NCBI GenBank assembly: GCA_020426545.1
Contig: JAGQPV010000001.1
Span: 1 to 41,901, forward strand
Origin: Planctomycetaceae bacterium
Lineage (GTDB): Bacteria; Planctomycetota; Planctomycetia; Planctomycetales; Planctomycetaceae
DNA: 41,901 nucleotides
Direction of reading: 5' to 3'
The notes under the pieces were generated by a model that searched no databases, was not told the DNA's origin, and saw only the letters and a program-made list of their open reading frames with translations. The position numbers and the translations under genes are program-made. Positions 18,570 through 28,045 of the stretch are shown here, piece by piece (within the stretch, counting starts at the first letter, position 1; each line of letters opens with the position of its first letter).

Positions 18570-19739
18570 ATGACCAGCGACCGATACGTATCGGAAACTT
18601 CTCTTCAGCAGCGGCAGCCGGAAAATCCCAGGCCAGCAGTTGCCCTCCGTCCTGATGTTCCTTCAGTTGCGCCGCCCGCTGGCCGGGCGAACTCAGGCCG
18701 AATCCGGAAAGCGGCGGTGCTGCTCGCCACAGTCATGCTGGCTGGTTTCCCGCAGCCGGGAACTGCGGCCGACCGCGCCGCGGTGGCTGCCCCCCAGGAA
18801 CCGGTCACTCCTCAGCTGAAGGCGATGACCTACGAGACATCGCTGGATCAGAGCGAGCAGCCGATGCGGGTCTGGGCTCCGGAGACAGCGAAAACCCAGC
18901 CCACACCGCTGTACGTGCATCTGCACAGCTGGAGCGGCAATTACCTGCAGGCGAATGATGCCTGGTTTCGCCTGGCGGCGGCGCGGGGCTGGATCATTCT
19001 GCACCCGAACTTCCGCGGATCGAACCGGAAACCGGACGCCTGCGGTTCGCCGCTGGCCCGGCAGGATGTGCTGGATGCGATTGACTGGGCCATTGACGAG
19101 TATCAGGTCGATCAGAGCCGCATTTACCTCGCCGGGGCCTCCGGCGGCGGGCACATGTCGATGCTGATGGCGGCGTACTACCCTGAGCGGTTCAGTGCGG
19201 TCTCGGCGTGGGTGGGCATCAGCGATCTGGCGGCCTGGTATCGGTTTCACACCCCGGACGGAGAGCCCGGCAACTACGCCCTGATGACAGCCGCCTCCTG
19301 CGGGGGAGCACCGGGCGCATCGCCCGCGGTCGATGCCGAGTACCGGGCCCGTTCGCCGCTGTTCCATATCCACCGGGCGGTTGGCCTGCCGCTGGAACTG
19401 AGCGCCGGCGTGAACGACGGGCATACGGGTTCCGTCCCGGTGCGGCATACCCTCAATGCCTTTAACGCGCTGGCCCGGGCACAGAAGGCAGACACGGTTT
19501 CCGAAGAGGAAATGGAACAGATCTCAACGGACAAAAAACTGGCGAAACCGCAGCCCGGAGATATCGCTCCGGATCCCGCCTACGGTCGTGCGATTCTGCT
19601 CCGACGAACGGCCGGCAAGGCGCAGGTCACCATTTTTGATGGAGGCCACGAAGGTCTGCCGCAGGCGGGAATCGCCTTTCTGGCCCGGCATCGCCGGATG
19701 ACACGTTCTCCCGCCACCGACAAACCGGCCGCCGAGTGA
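18570..19739 (+). CDS. Alpha/beta-hydrolase, S9 prolyl-oligopeptidase / dienelactone-hydrolase-like serine esterase
   Basis: 389 aa. The nucleophile elbow is YLAGASGGGHMSM (G-x-S-x-G), followed by later Asp and His (NDGHTGSVP) segments. A signal-like segment AAVLLATVMLAGFPQPGTAA is present. Confidence 0.8.
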   Translation: MTSDRYVSETSLQQRQPENPRPAVALRPDVPSVAPPAGRANSGRIRKAAVLLATVMLAGFPQPGTAADRAAVAAPQEPVTPQLKAMTYETSLDQSEQPMRVWAPETAKTQPTPLYVHLHSWSGNYLQANDAWFRLAAARGWIILHPNFRGSNRKPDACGSPLARQDVLDAIDWAIDEYQVDQSRIYLAGASGGGHMSMLMAAYYPERFSAVSAWVGISDLAAWYRFHTPDGEPGNYALMTAASCGGAPGASPAVDAEYRARSPLFHIHRAVGLPLELSAGVNDGHTGSVPVRHTLNAFNALARAQKADTVSEEEMEQISTDKKLAKPQPGDIAPDPAYGRAILLRRTAGKAQVTIFDGGHEGLPQAGIAFLARHRRMTRSPATDKPAAE

Positions 19740-19958
19740 GGCAGTTCCGGACTGGCAATGGTCGACGCGGTACGTCCTCATGGAAACTGCGCACCAGCAG
19801 AATCTGCTGGAGCTGCTGCCGGCGACTGCACTGAAGTCCGTACCGGCCAGGTTGAGTCAGCCTTCCCGGCTTTCCTGGCCGGAAGATTCCTCAAGTCCGT
19901 CACGAACGGAATCCGATGAGGAATATGGACGATTCTCCAGCTGCTCACTCCGCCATGG

Positions 19959-20990
19959 ATGGCGACACAACGCACTGGACAGACGCAGTCACGGTGGATT
20001 GCAGCCATGCGGAAGACGGGAAGGGCGGACCACTCCGCACCCGACAGCCCTGCCGCTCCGGTGCCAGCCAATGCGGCGCTGATGCTGTATGCCGGTGCGG
20101 CGACAGCCAGCCCGACCACCACGATGGATCCGTCAGCCGCTCCGAAGGCGGAGGTGGCAGCGGTATCTGTCGCGGAAGCCGAGGCGGCGCAGGTTGCTGA
20201 CTATCCCCCCGGCGCCACCGGTGTCGGAACCGCTGCAACAGGCTCTGCTGTGGCCAGTTCCGCTGTAGGGCATCCCGCGGATCAGCCGGAAATCGAACAC
20301 ACAGCCGACCTGCTGTTTCAGCCGGAAACACAGGCCAGGTTTCGGACGGTTTATACCGTGCTGTCGGTTCTCATCAGACCCCTGCGGCGGGCTGCACCCC
20401 AGCTGCTGCGGCTGGCACGCGTGGTTCGTGTGCCGTGGCTGCTGATTCCGCTGGCAGTTGGTGCCGTGCTGTTCACGCTCAGGTTCCCGTTCGGTCGGCT
20501 GGTTCCCGGTCTGTTTTCCAGCCGCAGAAAGGCCCTGTCGACTTTGACTTTCGCGGGCCTGATGGGTGGAGCGATTCTCTTTTCACTGCCCCGGGCAGAT
20601 TCCGGACGGAAAGTTTCCACCGAGCAGTCGGAACTGCAGTCTCTGCCCTCAATCGCCGGTGAAGAGATCGTCATTACCCACGATCACGAAACAGAAATAC
20701 CAGCAGCTGGAGAGCATCAGTTCGCCACACCACTGCTGATTGCACCGCCCGGCAGGCAGCGGGTGCCCTCGCTCAGCAATACCATGCCTCCGCCACCACT
20801 GATTGTGCCGGGAGCGTGGGATGAACGAGAAGTACCCGCAGCCGTGCAGACGGTGCAGGTCACGCTGCAGCAATCGCAGACAGCCAGCGAACCGCCTGAT
20901 CCACAGCGGGTGGTCTGGCTGACCGGCACCATTGAACCAGAATCACAGTTCGCTGCCGGGCACCGTCCGGCCGGTCCGCGTCTGAGATAA
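19959..20990 (+). CDS. Hypothetical membrane protein with low-complexity A/T/P-rich N-terminus; start uncertain
   Basis: 343 aa with two hydrophobic segments (WLLIPLAVGAVLFTL, LTFAGLMGGAILFSL). It lies directly upstream of an ExeA-like ATPase. Several in-frame ATGs are possible starts. Confidence 0.6.
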   Translation: MATQRTGQTQSRWIAAMRKTGRADHSAPDSPAAPVPANAALMLYAGAATASPTTTMDPSAAPKAEVAAVSVAEAEAAQVADYPPGATGVGTAATGSAVASSAVGHPADQPEIEHTADLLFQPETQARFRTVYTVLSVLIRPLRRAAPQLLRLARVVRVPWLLIPLAVGAVLFTLRFPFGRLVPGLFSSRRKALSTLTFAGLMGGAILFSLPRADSGRKVSTEQSELQSLPSIAGEEIVITHDHETEIPAAGEHQFATPLLIAPPGRQRVPSLSNTMPPPPLIVPGAWDEREVPAAVQTVQVTLQQSQTASEPPDPQRVVWLTGTIEPESQFAAGHRPAGPRLR

Positions 20991-21223
20991 CGACAGCCGC
21001 AGCCCTGACGCGGCGATGGTTCGCAGTCAGAGCAAATGCCCGGCAGACAGAGCCAGCGGAGCAGTTCACGAGCACAGTCGATACCGGCAACCGTGATAAT
21101 GCCACCGCGGCAATAAGTCGGCATGGAACATCTATCGCACAGGGCCTGCCTGCGGGCAGTTTCCTCTATATTCGCTGTACAGCCAGCAGTCTGGCCTGCA
21201 GCCCGTCCGGAAAGCACCACTCG

Positions 21224-22069
21224 ATGTATCAGCCATTCTGGGGGCTTGTTCGGGCACCATTCGACCAGTGTCTGGAGCCGGACTTCTTTTATCGCAGTCA
21301 GACTCATCAGGAGGCGCTGGTGCGGCTGCGGTACATGATCGAAAACCGAATGGGCGCCGGACTGCTGGCCGGATCGGCCGGTACGGGAAAATCCTCGCTG
21401 ATCTCGATGCTGGCAGCCGAGCTGCCGGAAGATCTCGATCCGTTGATTCACGTGATTTATCCGCGAATGTCGCCGCAGGAACTGCTGGCCTGGCTGGCCG
21501 CGGAACTGGGTGACGATTCCGCCAGCCAGCACAGTCCGGCAGGTTCCGTCCCGGCGATTCTCACTGTGGATCGTTCCATCCGGGCCATTCAGCGACGACT
21601 GACAGAACTCACCGAGGAAGGTCGGCGGGCCGCCATCGTGATGGACGATGCGCACTTGATCGACAATCCACAGGTCCTGCAGACGCTGCAGCTGCTGCTC
21701 AATTTTCAGCAGAGGCCGGAAATTGACTTCTCGCTGATTCTGGCAGGCGAGCCGGAACTGCTGCCGCAGGTACAGCGAATGGGACAACTGAACGACCGGC
21801 TGGCCGTGCGATGCGTCCTGCGACCACTGACCGACAGCGAAACCACCGAGTACGTCCAGCACCGGCTGGCGGCTGCCGGTTCGAGAATGCCGGTCTTTGA
21901 TCAGTCCGCGATGGAATCACTGTTCGAACTGACGGGCGGAGTGCCCCGCAAAATTAATCGCCTGTGCGATCTGGCGCTGCTGGTGGGCTGTGCCGATCAG
22001 CTGCAGACCGTACGGGCGGAGGAAATCGAAGCTGTCGCACGCGAGTTGAACTCGGTGGCAGCTGCCTGA
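21224..22069 (+). CDS. ExeA/GspA-like AAA ATPase
   Basis: The N-terminus MYQPFWGLVRAPFDQCLEPDFFYRSQTHQEALVRLRYMI, followed by Walker A GSAGTGKSS and Walker B AAIVMDDAH, is the typical ExeA (COG3267) layout. Confidence 0.85.
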   Translation: MYQPFWGLVRAPFDQCLEPDFFYRSQTHQEALVRLRYMIENRMGAGLLAGSAGTGKSSLISMLAAELPEDLDPLIHVIYPRMSPQELLAWLAAELGDDSASQHSPAGSVPAILTVDRSIRAIQRRLTELTEEGRRAAIVMDDAHLIDNPQVLQTLQLLLNFQQRPEIDFSLILAGEPELLPQVQRMGQLNDRLAVRCVLRPLTDSETTEYVQHRLAAAGSRMPVFDQSAMESLFELTGGVPRKINRLCDLALLVGCADQLQTVRAEEIEAVARELNSVAAA

Positions 22070-22643
22070 CGTCTTATGGAATCCGCTGTTCCGCGGGAGC
22101 TGTTCCGGCAGTTTCCGCCGGTTCATCAGATGGCCGTCGGCCACCGGGCAAATAAAACATGCAGACAGAAACAACCGGCTGATCATTCTACAGCCATTTT
22201 TGTAAGTCTGTCACAAATGCCAGCCGGCGAACGCCGGACGGGAAATTAACAGAACAGAGATTTTCAGATCTCTGAATTGAAATGCCAGACTGGGCGGGGA
22301 GCCTTCCTGAACGGCAGAAACTGCCGGTCTCCCTCGCAGATGCAGTGCAGTCCGCAGGAAGTGACCGCTTCCGCGGATGAAGCTGTAACGATCAGGCTGG
22401 TGTAACGGCCAGGGAAGATTTAAGAGTGTGACCCGACTGAGGGCGAACCAGGTTTCACGAGATCAACAGGCACAGAAGTTGCCTGCCGGTGGAATCAGAC
22501 CAGCTTGCAGGTTCCGGGGCAGCGTGTTGTGCAGACGACTGTAATCCATTTTACACAGGGTTTCGCAGTTGCCAGCCGAATACAAACCATGCGGTCTCCG
22601 GACACCGGACCCGATTCAACTTCTGTCAGCAGGGGCTAATATC

Positions 22644-23561
22644 ATGTCGATCAGGAAATACTTTCCGACAGCAGCGGCCGTGTTCGCGGCCATGCTGCTG
22701 ACCATCTCCGCCGGAACCGCCAGCGCAGCGGGCATCTCCTGGAGGAGCAGCCTGCAGGCGGCGGCCGAGGAATCCGGTCGGACCGGAAAGCCGCTGCTGC
22801 TGAAGTTCACCGCCAGCTGGTGTGGCTACTGCCGCAAGATGAAGGCCGAAACCTTCAGCGACCCGCGGATTGTGGAACACGTCTCCGACTGCTTCATTCC
22901 GATTGAAGTCGACGCCGACAAGAACCCCCAGCTGATGCAGGCTGTGGGCGTGAAAGGTCTTCCCACAACCGTCATCGTATCCCCGGAACTGAAGGTCGTT
23001 CGCAAGCTGACCGGCTATCAGAATGCCGATCAGCTCGACCAGCATCTGACGCAGGTGTGCCCGGCAACTCACCGTCGCTCGGCGGATTCCGCTCCCGCTG
23101 TGACTCAGGCCGGAGCCACATCCGCCCAGCCGGTTGCCGGAAACACCGGCCGGCCCGCTCCGTTTCCTCAGGATCCCGCTCCGCCGGCTGCTGCTCCCCA
23201 GGAGACGGCTCCCGTCGACTTCTCCTTCGCTGGCCGCTGCCTGGTCAGTCTCGTGGATGGACAGAAGCTGGCCCAGGGCGACCCCCGCTTCAGCATCGAC
23301 TGGCGACACCGCAAAGTCTGCTTCGCCAGCCGGACCGAAATGCAGACCTTCCTGCAGAATCCCGATCGCTACTGGCCGCAGCTGAGTGGTGGCTGCCCGG
23401 TCACGGCGGTTGATGAAAATGCTCTGGTGGATGGCCAGCCCGAACTGGGTGTGCTGTTCCGGGGCAAGATCTGGTTCTTCCGCAGCGAAGCGGATCTGGT
23501 GCGGTTCGAGCAGAACCCCGCCCGCTATGTGGACGGTGCCATGAAAATGCAGCAGCGGTAA
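22644..23561 (+). CDS. Secreted thioredoxin-fold protein (WCGYC) fused to two YHS-like C-terminal modules
   Basis: Track ORF 22569..23561. I prefer the ATG at 22644 (MSIRKYFPTAAAVFAAMLLTISAGTASA). The thioredoxin segment is LLLKFTASWCGYCRKM...GLPTTVIV. Two repeats end in F-x-x-NP-x-RY (FLQNPDRYW, FEQNPARYV). Confidence 0.8.
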   Translation: MSIRKYFPTAAAVFAAMLLTISAGTASAAGISWRSSLQAAAEESGRTGKPLLLKFTASWCGYCRKMKAETFSDPRIVEHVSDCFIPIEVDADKNPQLMQAVGVKGLPTTVIVSPELKVVRKLTGYQNADQLDQHLTQVCPATHRRSADSAPAVTQAGATSAQPVAGNTGRPAPFPQDPAPPAAAPQETAPVDFSFAGRCLVSLVDGQKLAQGDPRFSIDWRHRKVCFASRTEMQTFLQNPDRYWPQLSGGCPVTAVDENALVDGQPELGVLFRGKIWFFRSEADLVRFEQNPARYVDGAMKMQQR

Positions 23562-23841
23562 TTCCGCCGCACGAATGCACGCTTCAGCAGGACCGCAAGA
23601 CACCCCGGCTGGGCCATGCCCTGCCGGCTGCCGAATCAGCCGCTGAGTTTCCACCAGGTGTGGCATGCCGCCTTTGTGCTGGCATGCCGCACCTGTTCTG
23701 GATCCGGGGGACTGAAAATCGCGCAGCAGAAATCGCGAATCGGCTGGCCCGACCTGAGCAGGTACCGGTCTGAACAGGGCACGGCCTGAGCTGGCCAGTC
23801 GGACAGGGCAGGGCAGGGCAGTGAGCCGGTAAGAAGATCAG

Positions 23842-24333
23842 TCAGTCGAGCTGACGGGGCCGCCACAGATTGAGCAGGGTGGCCGAACTGGAGACTTCGA
23901 GGTCGTCCCAGCTTTCAATCGGCAGGGCCAGCTGCGCCAGCGCAGCCGTGGGAAATCGCTCGTACTGGCCGGTCAGCCGTTCGAGCAGTTCCTCCAGACC
24001 GGGATTGTGCCCCACCAGCAGGACGCAAGCCGGATCACTCCACAGCGACCGCAGCACCCGGCAGATTCCTCCCGGCGCAGCATGGTACAAATCCGGCTGC
24101 AGTTCGATTGCTCGCTCGTATCCGCAGCGGCGGGCGACTCGAACCGCCGTCTTCCGGGCTCGAACCGCTGGTGAGCTGACCAGCAGATCGGGCAGCAGGC
24201 TCTCGCTCTGCAGCAGCCGTCCCATGCGGGCCGCAGCCCGCCTGCCGCGGCGATTCAGCGGACGGTCAACATCCGCCAGCGAGGAATCGCTCCAGTCGGA
24301 CTTGGCGTGACGCAGCAGCAGCAGTGTTTTCAT
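23842..24333 (-). CDS. sixA: Histidine phosphatase superfamily, SixA-like phosphohistidine phosphatase
   Basis: Track ORF 23842..24342 starts at TTG; an ATG at 24333 gives MKTLLLLRHAKSDW (the RHA/RHG catalytic motif). A later LLVGHNPGL motif is present. The length of about 160 aa is typical of SixA. Confidence 0.8.
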   Translation of the reverse strand: MKTLLLLRHAKSDWSDSSLADVDRPLNRRGRRAAARMGRLLQSESLLPDLLVSSPAVRARKTAVRVARRCGYERAIELQPDLYHAAPGGICRVLRSLWSDPACVLLVGHNPGLEELLERLTGQYERFPTAALAQLALPIESWDDLEVSSSATLLNLWRPRQLD

Positions 24334-24643
24334 AAGAACCAAGCAGCCTTCAAGAGAACCGCACCGGAAACAGACGGTCCCGACCGGACAGTTCTGCCAG
24401 GACTGTCCCGGGACTCATTTCCGCTATTCTCTGCGATACGTCCTGGAAACTCACGGCCAGGCACAAGGCGGAATACTCCCGGCGGAAAGCTTCCCGGGCG
24501 TGCCTGCAGCGGAAGGGAAAAGCGGAACCGTGAAGGCGATGACTCCGCAGCCGCACGGGTCCGGTATCCGGCCCTGCACTCACAGCCCGATTTTCACCGT
24601 CCTGCTGATGACACCCGGAATCGACAGGGCAGGGCAATCCGCC

Positions 24644-25831
24644 CTACTGGGCGGTGGGCAGCATGTACTCCGGCTGGACGAAAGTTTCCTTGCTGCCGGG
24701 CGCGGGCAGAGCCTGCACGATCGACAGCTGACTCTCCGCCGGATCGATGACATCGCCCTCGGGACATGCGGCACCATCGGCCGTCTGGATCCGCTGGACG
24801 ATGGGCTTGGTGTAATTCTTCCCATTGCGGCGTATTACCCGGGCCGCAGTCCCATCGCTCAGCACCACATAGCTGCCAATGGGGAACAGGGACAGCACTC
24901 CCAGCAGAGCACGCACCACGTCCTGATCGAAGTGCTGTTTTCGCGACAGCCGGAGAATCGATTCCATAGCCGCGTACGGCAGCAATGGCGGACGGAAGGG
25001 ACGATCCGTCGTCAAACCGATAAACGCATCGGCCACTTTGAGGATACGGGCAAACAGGTGAATGGACTTGCCCATCCGACCGCGAGGGTAACCGCTGCCG
25101 TCGGGGCTTTCGTGCACCTGATAGCTGACGAGGGGAACAACCGTGGGAATTCCGTTGACCTGCTCCAGCAGCTGCAGTGAATAGATCGGATGCTTCTTGA
25201 TCTCCAGGAATTCTGAATCACTCAACCTGCGACTGGACAGGCGGATCTCTTCCGGAACCCGCACCATGCCCCAGTCGTGAACCAGCCCGCACAGCCCGAC
25301 CTGGCGAACGTTGGATGCATCCAGCCCCAGTTCAACGCCAATCGCCATTCCCAGCACGGCCATCTGCAGGCAGTGATGCGACAGAGAGTCATCGATGACC
25401 ATGTCACCTGCGGCAGTCAGCAGCAAGTCACAGTCGGCAGTCATCTGCTTCAGATAACCTGCCGTGATATCGGACATCTCATCGGTCGCCAGCTGCCCGC
25501 CCTTCAGGGCAGTCTGCAGCATGTTATTGATGGATTTTCCTGCAGCCTGGTGCTGACCGAGTACTTCTTCCCTTTTTTCGGCCTTGTACGCCGTACAGCC
25601 GTGGGACACGAGCGAATCGCGAACCTTCGGCCCGTTGTTCGTCACGAACAGAGAGCCGGCATCGACGATCGCATCCAGCCGGCTCGCCACTTCGCTGCCG
25701 ACCTTCAGCGCAGCTGCGGCCTCCGGATCCATCTGCCGGACCGTGCTGCCGGCCGCATCGTCCGGGTGCATCAGTAACGTCCCGTTCAGACGTTCCCGCA
25801 GCAGATTCCTGATCCGCGGGGTCACTTCCAT
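24644..25831 (-). CDS. HD-GYP domain phosphohydrolase (putative c-di-GMP phosphodiesterase), main reading frame
   Basis: HD motif: GLVHDWGM. GYP motif: HESPDGSGYPRG. Also HPIYS...GIPT. See the frameshift feature and finding for the missing N-terminus. Confidence 0.9.
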   Translation of the reverse strand: MEVTPRIRNLLRERLNGTLLMHPDDAAGSTVRQMDPEAAAALKVGSEVASRLDAIVDAGSLFVTNNGPKVRDSLVSHGCTAYKAEKREEVLGQHQAAGKSINNMLQTALKGGQLATDEMSDITAGYLKQMTADCDLLLTAAGDMVIDDSLSHHCLQMAVLGMAIGVELGLDASNVRQVGLCGLVHDWGMVRVPEEIRLSSRRLSDSEFLEIKKHPIYSLQLLEQVNGIPTVVPLVSYQVHESPDGSGYPRGRMGKSIHLFARILKVADAFIGLTTDRPFRPPLLPYAAMESILRLSRKQHFDQDVVRALLGVLSLFPIGSYVVLSDGTAARVIRRNGKNYTKPIVQRIQTADGAACPEGDVIDPAESQLSIVQALPAPGSKETFVQPEYMLPTAQ

Positions 25832-25851
25832 GCCCCCACCCAGCAGCAGAA

Positions 25852-26072
25852 CCCCCCCCCTCAGAGAAGATGGGATGCCTGACGGTCCGGCCTGTGATCA
25901 GATCATCCACATGCACACGGACACAGCCCGCACTGCCTTTCGGTTCGGCAGCTGCAGCCGGGGCTCCCGCAGGCTGAGCCGCCTGCGATGCATTTGCTGA
26001 GGTCCGGGCCGAGGGCCGATCTTGTGTATTCACTGTGGATTTATCGGCTGCGAGATTTGAAGACGCGGGCAC
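25852..26072 (-). pseudogene. Out-of-frame N-terminal fragment of the HD-GYP gene, separated by a +1 shift in a G9 (plus-strand C9) homopolymer at 25852-25860
   Basis: The upstream ORF (25524..26072 frame) reads ...VRVHVDDLITGRTVRHPIFSEGGG and then leaves the frame. Removing one G from the run joins it to LLLGGGMEVTPRIRNLLRERL. The join reproduces the common HD-GYP N-terminal pattern V-x-V-x-D-L-x-x-G-x-x-V-x-x-P-I-x-x-x-x-G-x-L-L-L-x-x-G-x-x-I-T. Confidence 0.6.
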
Positions 26073-26524
26073 TGGGGAACAGCCTCCCTGACAGCATCGG
26101 GCTCTCGAACAGAGTCTCTGCGGATCACCATCTCGACCTGCGACTCAGTCGACCTGAGCAGCGACAGCTGCGAAGTCTCATGCAGCGGACGGGTGCGAGT
26201 GCTGTTCTCCCGGAAACTCACTGTGCGAACATCGGAGACCCGCCTGCGGGACTCTGACGCACAGTCTGGCCTGTCGCTCAAGACAGCATTGATGATGAAG
26301 TCCTGTACGGAAAGAGTTTATGCCATCCTGTCATTCGCAGAGCGGGGGAGCAGACCGATAAGTCCAGTTCGACGGTCTCTTTAACCGGGTTGTACGGACC
26401 GCGTCAGAAAGAGCGATCAACCGGCGGTTCCGCAGCACGAATCCGCCTGCCCGTTGCTGATGCCGAACGGATCATCGGAGCCAGGCCATGGTAGAAGCAG
26501 GGAACGGGCCAGGTACAAACGACG

Positions 26525-26561
26525 CTGGCCCCGACCGAAGACATGCTTCGACCGGGGCCAG
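26525..26561 (-). terminator. Long GC hairpin downstream of the porin-like gene
   Basis: CTGGCCCCG (26525-26533) pairs with CGGGGCCAG (26553-26561), with an inner CGAAG/CTTCG stem. On the minus strand it is followed by CGTCGTTTGT, a weak U-tract. Confidence 0.4.
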
Positions 26562-26623
26562 CTGAAGATTCAGATTTCAGATCGGGTGTCGTCAGACCGC
26601 AGCCTCACAACCCCTGACGGTGA

Positions 26624-28045
26624 TCAGAATCCGTAGTTGATGGTGCTCAGGAATTCGGTCTGGCGAGCGTAGTCGCGGCCAGCGGACAGCGGCACGGACA
26701 GACCAACACCGACGCTGATGTTGTCCCGCAGCACGAAGGTCGAACCGACCGTCAGGTCGATGATGTGACGGGGCTCTTCTTCGACGAAGATGTCCTGACC
26801 GGTCGTGGTGATACCGGCGAAGTTCAGGGCCTGGCTCAGCTCGTAGTTGCTGACACCATAAGGATCAGCCTGGGTGGCATCCGACAGCACGTGGTGACCG
26901 AACAGTTCGATCTTCGGCACGATGCCCAGCAGCAGGGGCTGCTGCTGGCAGCTGTTGCAGTAGCCGCCGTAGCCGCCACCGTAGTAGCCGCCGTTGGCGA
27001 AGCCCACGTTGAACCGCGGGTCGATGCTCTCGTGGCGATAAGCCCAGTAACCGGCACCAATCGCCCAGTCCGCGGCGTACTTGTCGCCTTCCAGCGGCAC
27101 GTTCAGCTGAGTACCGAGGCTCAGGAACAGGTCCTCACTGGCCTGGTAGTAAGCCAGCAGACCGGGGTACAGACGAGCCTGGTTGTCACGATAAACCAGC
27201 TTGTCGGAACCGACTTCCGGAGCATAACCCAGAGTACCGGAGACGATCAGGTCGTTGTAGCACGAGCGGTACAGCACGTACTTGGCCATGATCTGGGGGT
27301 TGGTCCAGTCTTCAGCCGCCTGGCTGTCGTCGGTCACAACGTACTGGCCCTGCACGGCGAGACTGAAGTCGTCGCTGAAGGCGTATTCGATTCCGCCCCG
27401 GAAGGCGTGCTGGTCAAAGTCGTCACGGATGTCACCCGTGATACCGGCTGACCGCAGAGCAGCAATGGCCGTGGGGCTGGAAAGCCCTGAAAGCGTCCGC
27501 CCGTAAGGCGTCAGGATCGTGTTGGTGTTGGTACCTTCGGTGTAGATGTAGCTGGCCCACACCCGGCTGGTCGGAATGGCCGACATGTTGTCGAACAGGT
27601 TGAACCGGTTGTTCGAATCCAGACGACCCAGGAAGCCACCACCCGCACCACCACCGGCACCACCCGCTGCGGAGGCGGCCGGAGCAGCACCCATCACGCC
27701 GGGAGCAGCCTGCGGAGCGAACGCACCGGGATCAGCCTGCGGCTGAGCACCGGGATCCATGGGCTGAGCCATCGGATCCGCGTTCTGATCCATGGGCTGA
27801 GCCATCGGATCGGTGTTCTGCTCACCTTCCTTGCCTTCTGCCGGCGGCAGGTCGGCGGGAGTCGGCGCTGAATGAGTGCCGGGAGCGTAGGAATGAGGTG
27901 CCGGAGCATATGGCGAGGGGCAGCAGTTGGGCTGCACCTGCCACTGAGGTCCGGGGCCCTGGGCCTGAGCGGTTGCACCAAAGGCAACGCAGAGTCCAAG
28001 ACCAAGTGCCGCACGCAGCGGCTTGCGAATCCAGTGACTGATCAT
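26624..28045 (-). CDS. Putative outer-membrane beta-barrel (porin-like) protein with a low-complexity, repeat-bearing N-terminal region
   Basis: Track ORF 26624..28228. I prefer the ATG at 28045, which has GGGAAGGGGAATC upstream (MISHWIRKPLRAALGLGLCVAFGATAQA). Alternating aromatic/hydrophilic strands run through the protein and the C-terminus is ...STINYGF, with the terminal Phe typical of OMPs. Confidence 0.75.
   Translation of the reverse strand: MISHWIRKPLRAALGLGLCVAFGATAQAQGPGPQWQVQPNCCPSPYAPAPHSYAPGTHSAPTPADLPPAEGKEGEQNTDPMAQPMDQNADPMAQPMDPGAQPQADPGAFAPQAAPGVMGAAPAASAAGGAGGGAGGGFLGRLDSNNRFNLFDNMSAIPTSRVWASYIYTEGTNTNTILTPYGRTLSGLSSPTAIAALRSAGITGDIRDDFDQHAFRGGIEYAFSDDFSLAVQGQYVVTDDSQAAEDWTNPQIMAKYVLYRSCYNDLIVSGTLGYAPEVGSDKLVYRDNQARLYPGLLAYYQASEDLFLSLGTQLNVPLEGDKYAADWAIGAGYWAYRHESIDPRFNVGFANGGYYGGGYGGYCNSCQQQPLLLGIVPKIELFGHHVLSDATQADPYGVSNYELSQALNFAGITTTGQDIFVEEEPRHIIDLTVGSTFVLRDNISVGVGLSVPLSAGRDYARQTEFLSTINYGF
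27754..27811. repeat. In-frame 33-bp tandem repeat (2 copies; 25-nt identical cores) inside the porin-like gene
   Basis: GATCCATGGGCTGAGCCATCGGATC occurs at 27754-27778 and again at 27787-27811. It encodes DPMAQPMDQNA / DPMAQPMDPGA. Confidence 0.85.

Noticed and set aside
23804-23821. A (CAGGG)x3 microsatellite in the convergent intergenic region.
   Set aside because: It is very short and has no obvious functional context, so it is probably incidental.
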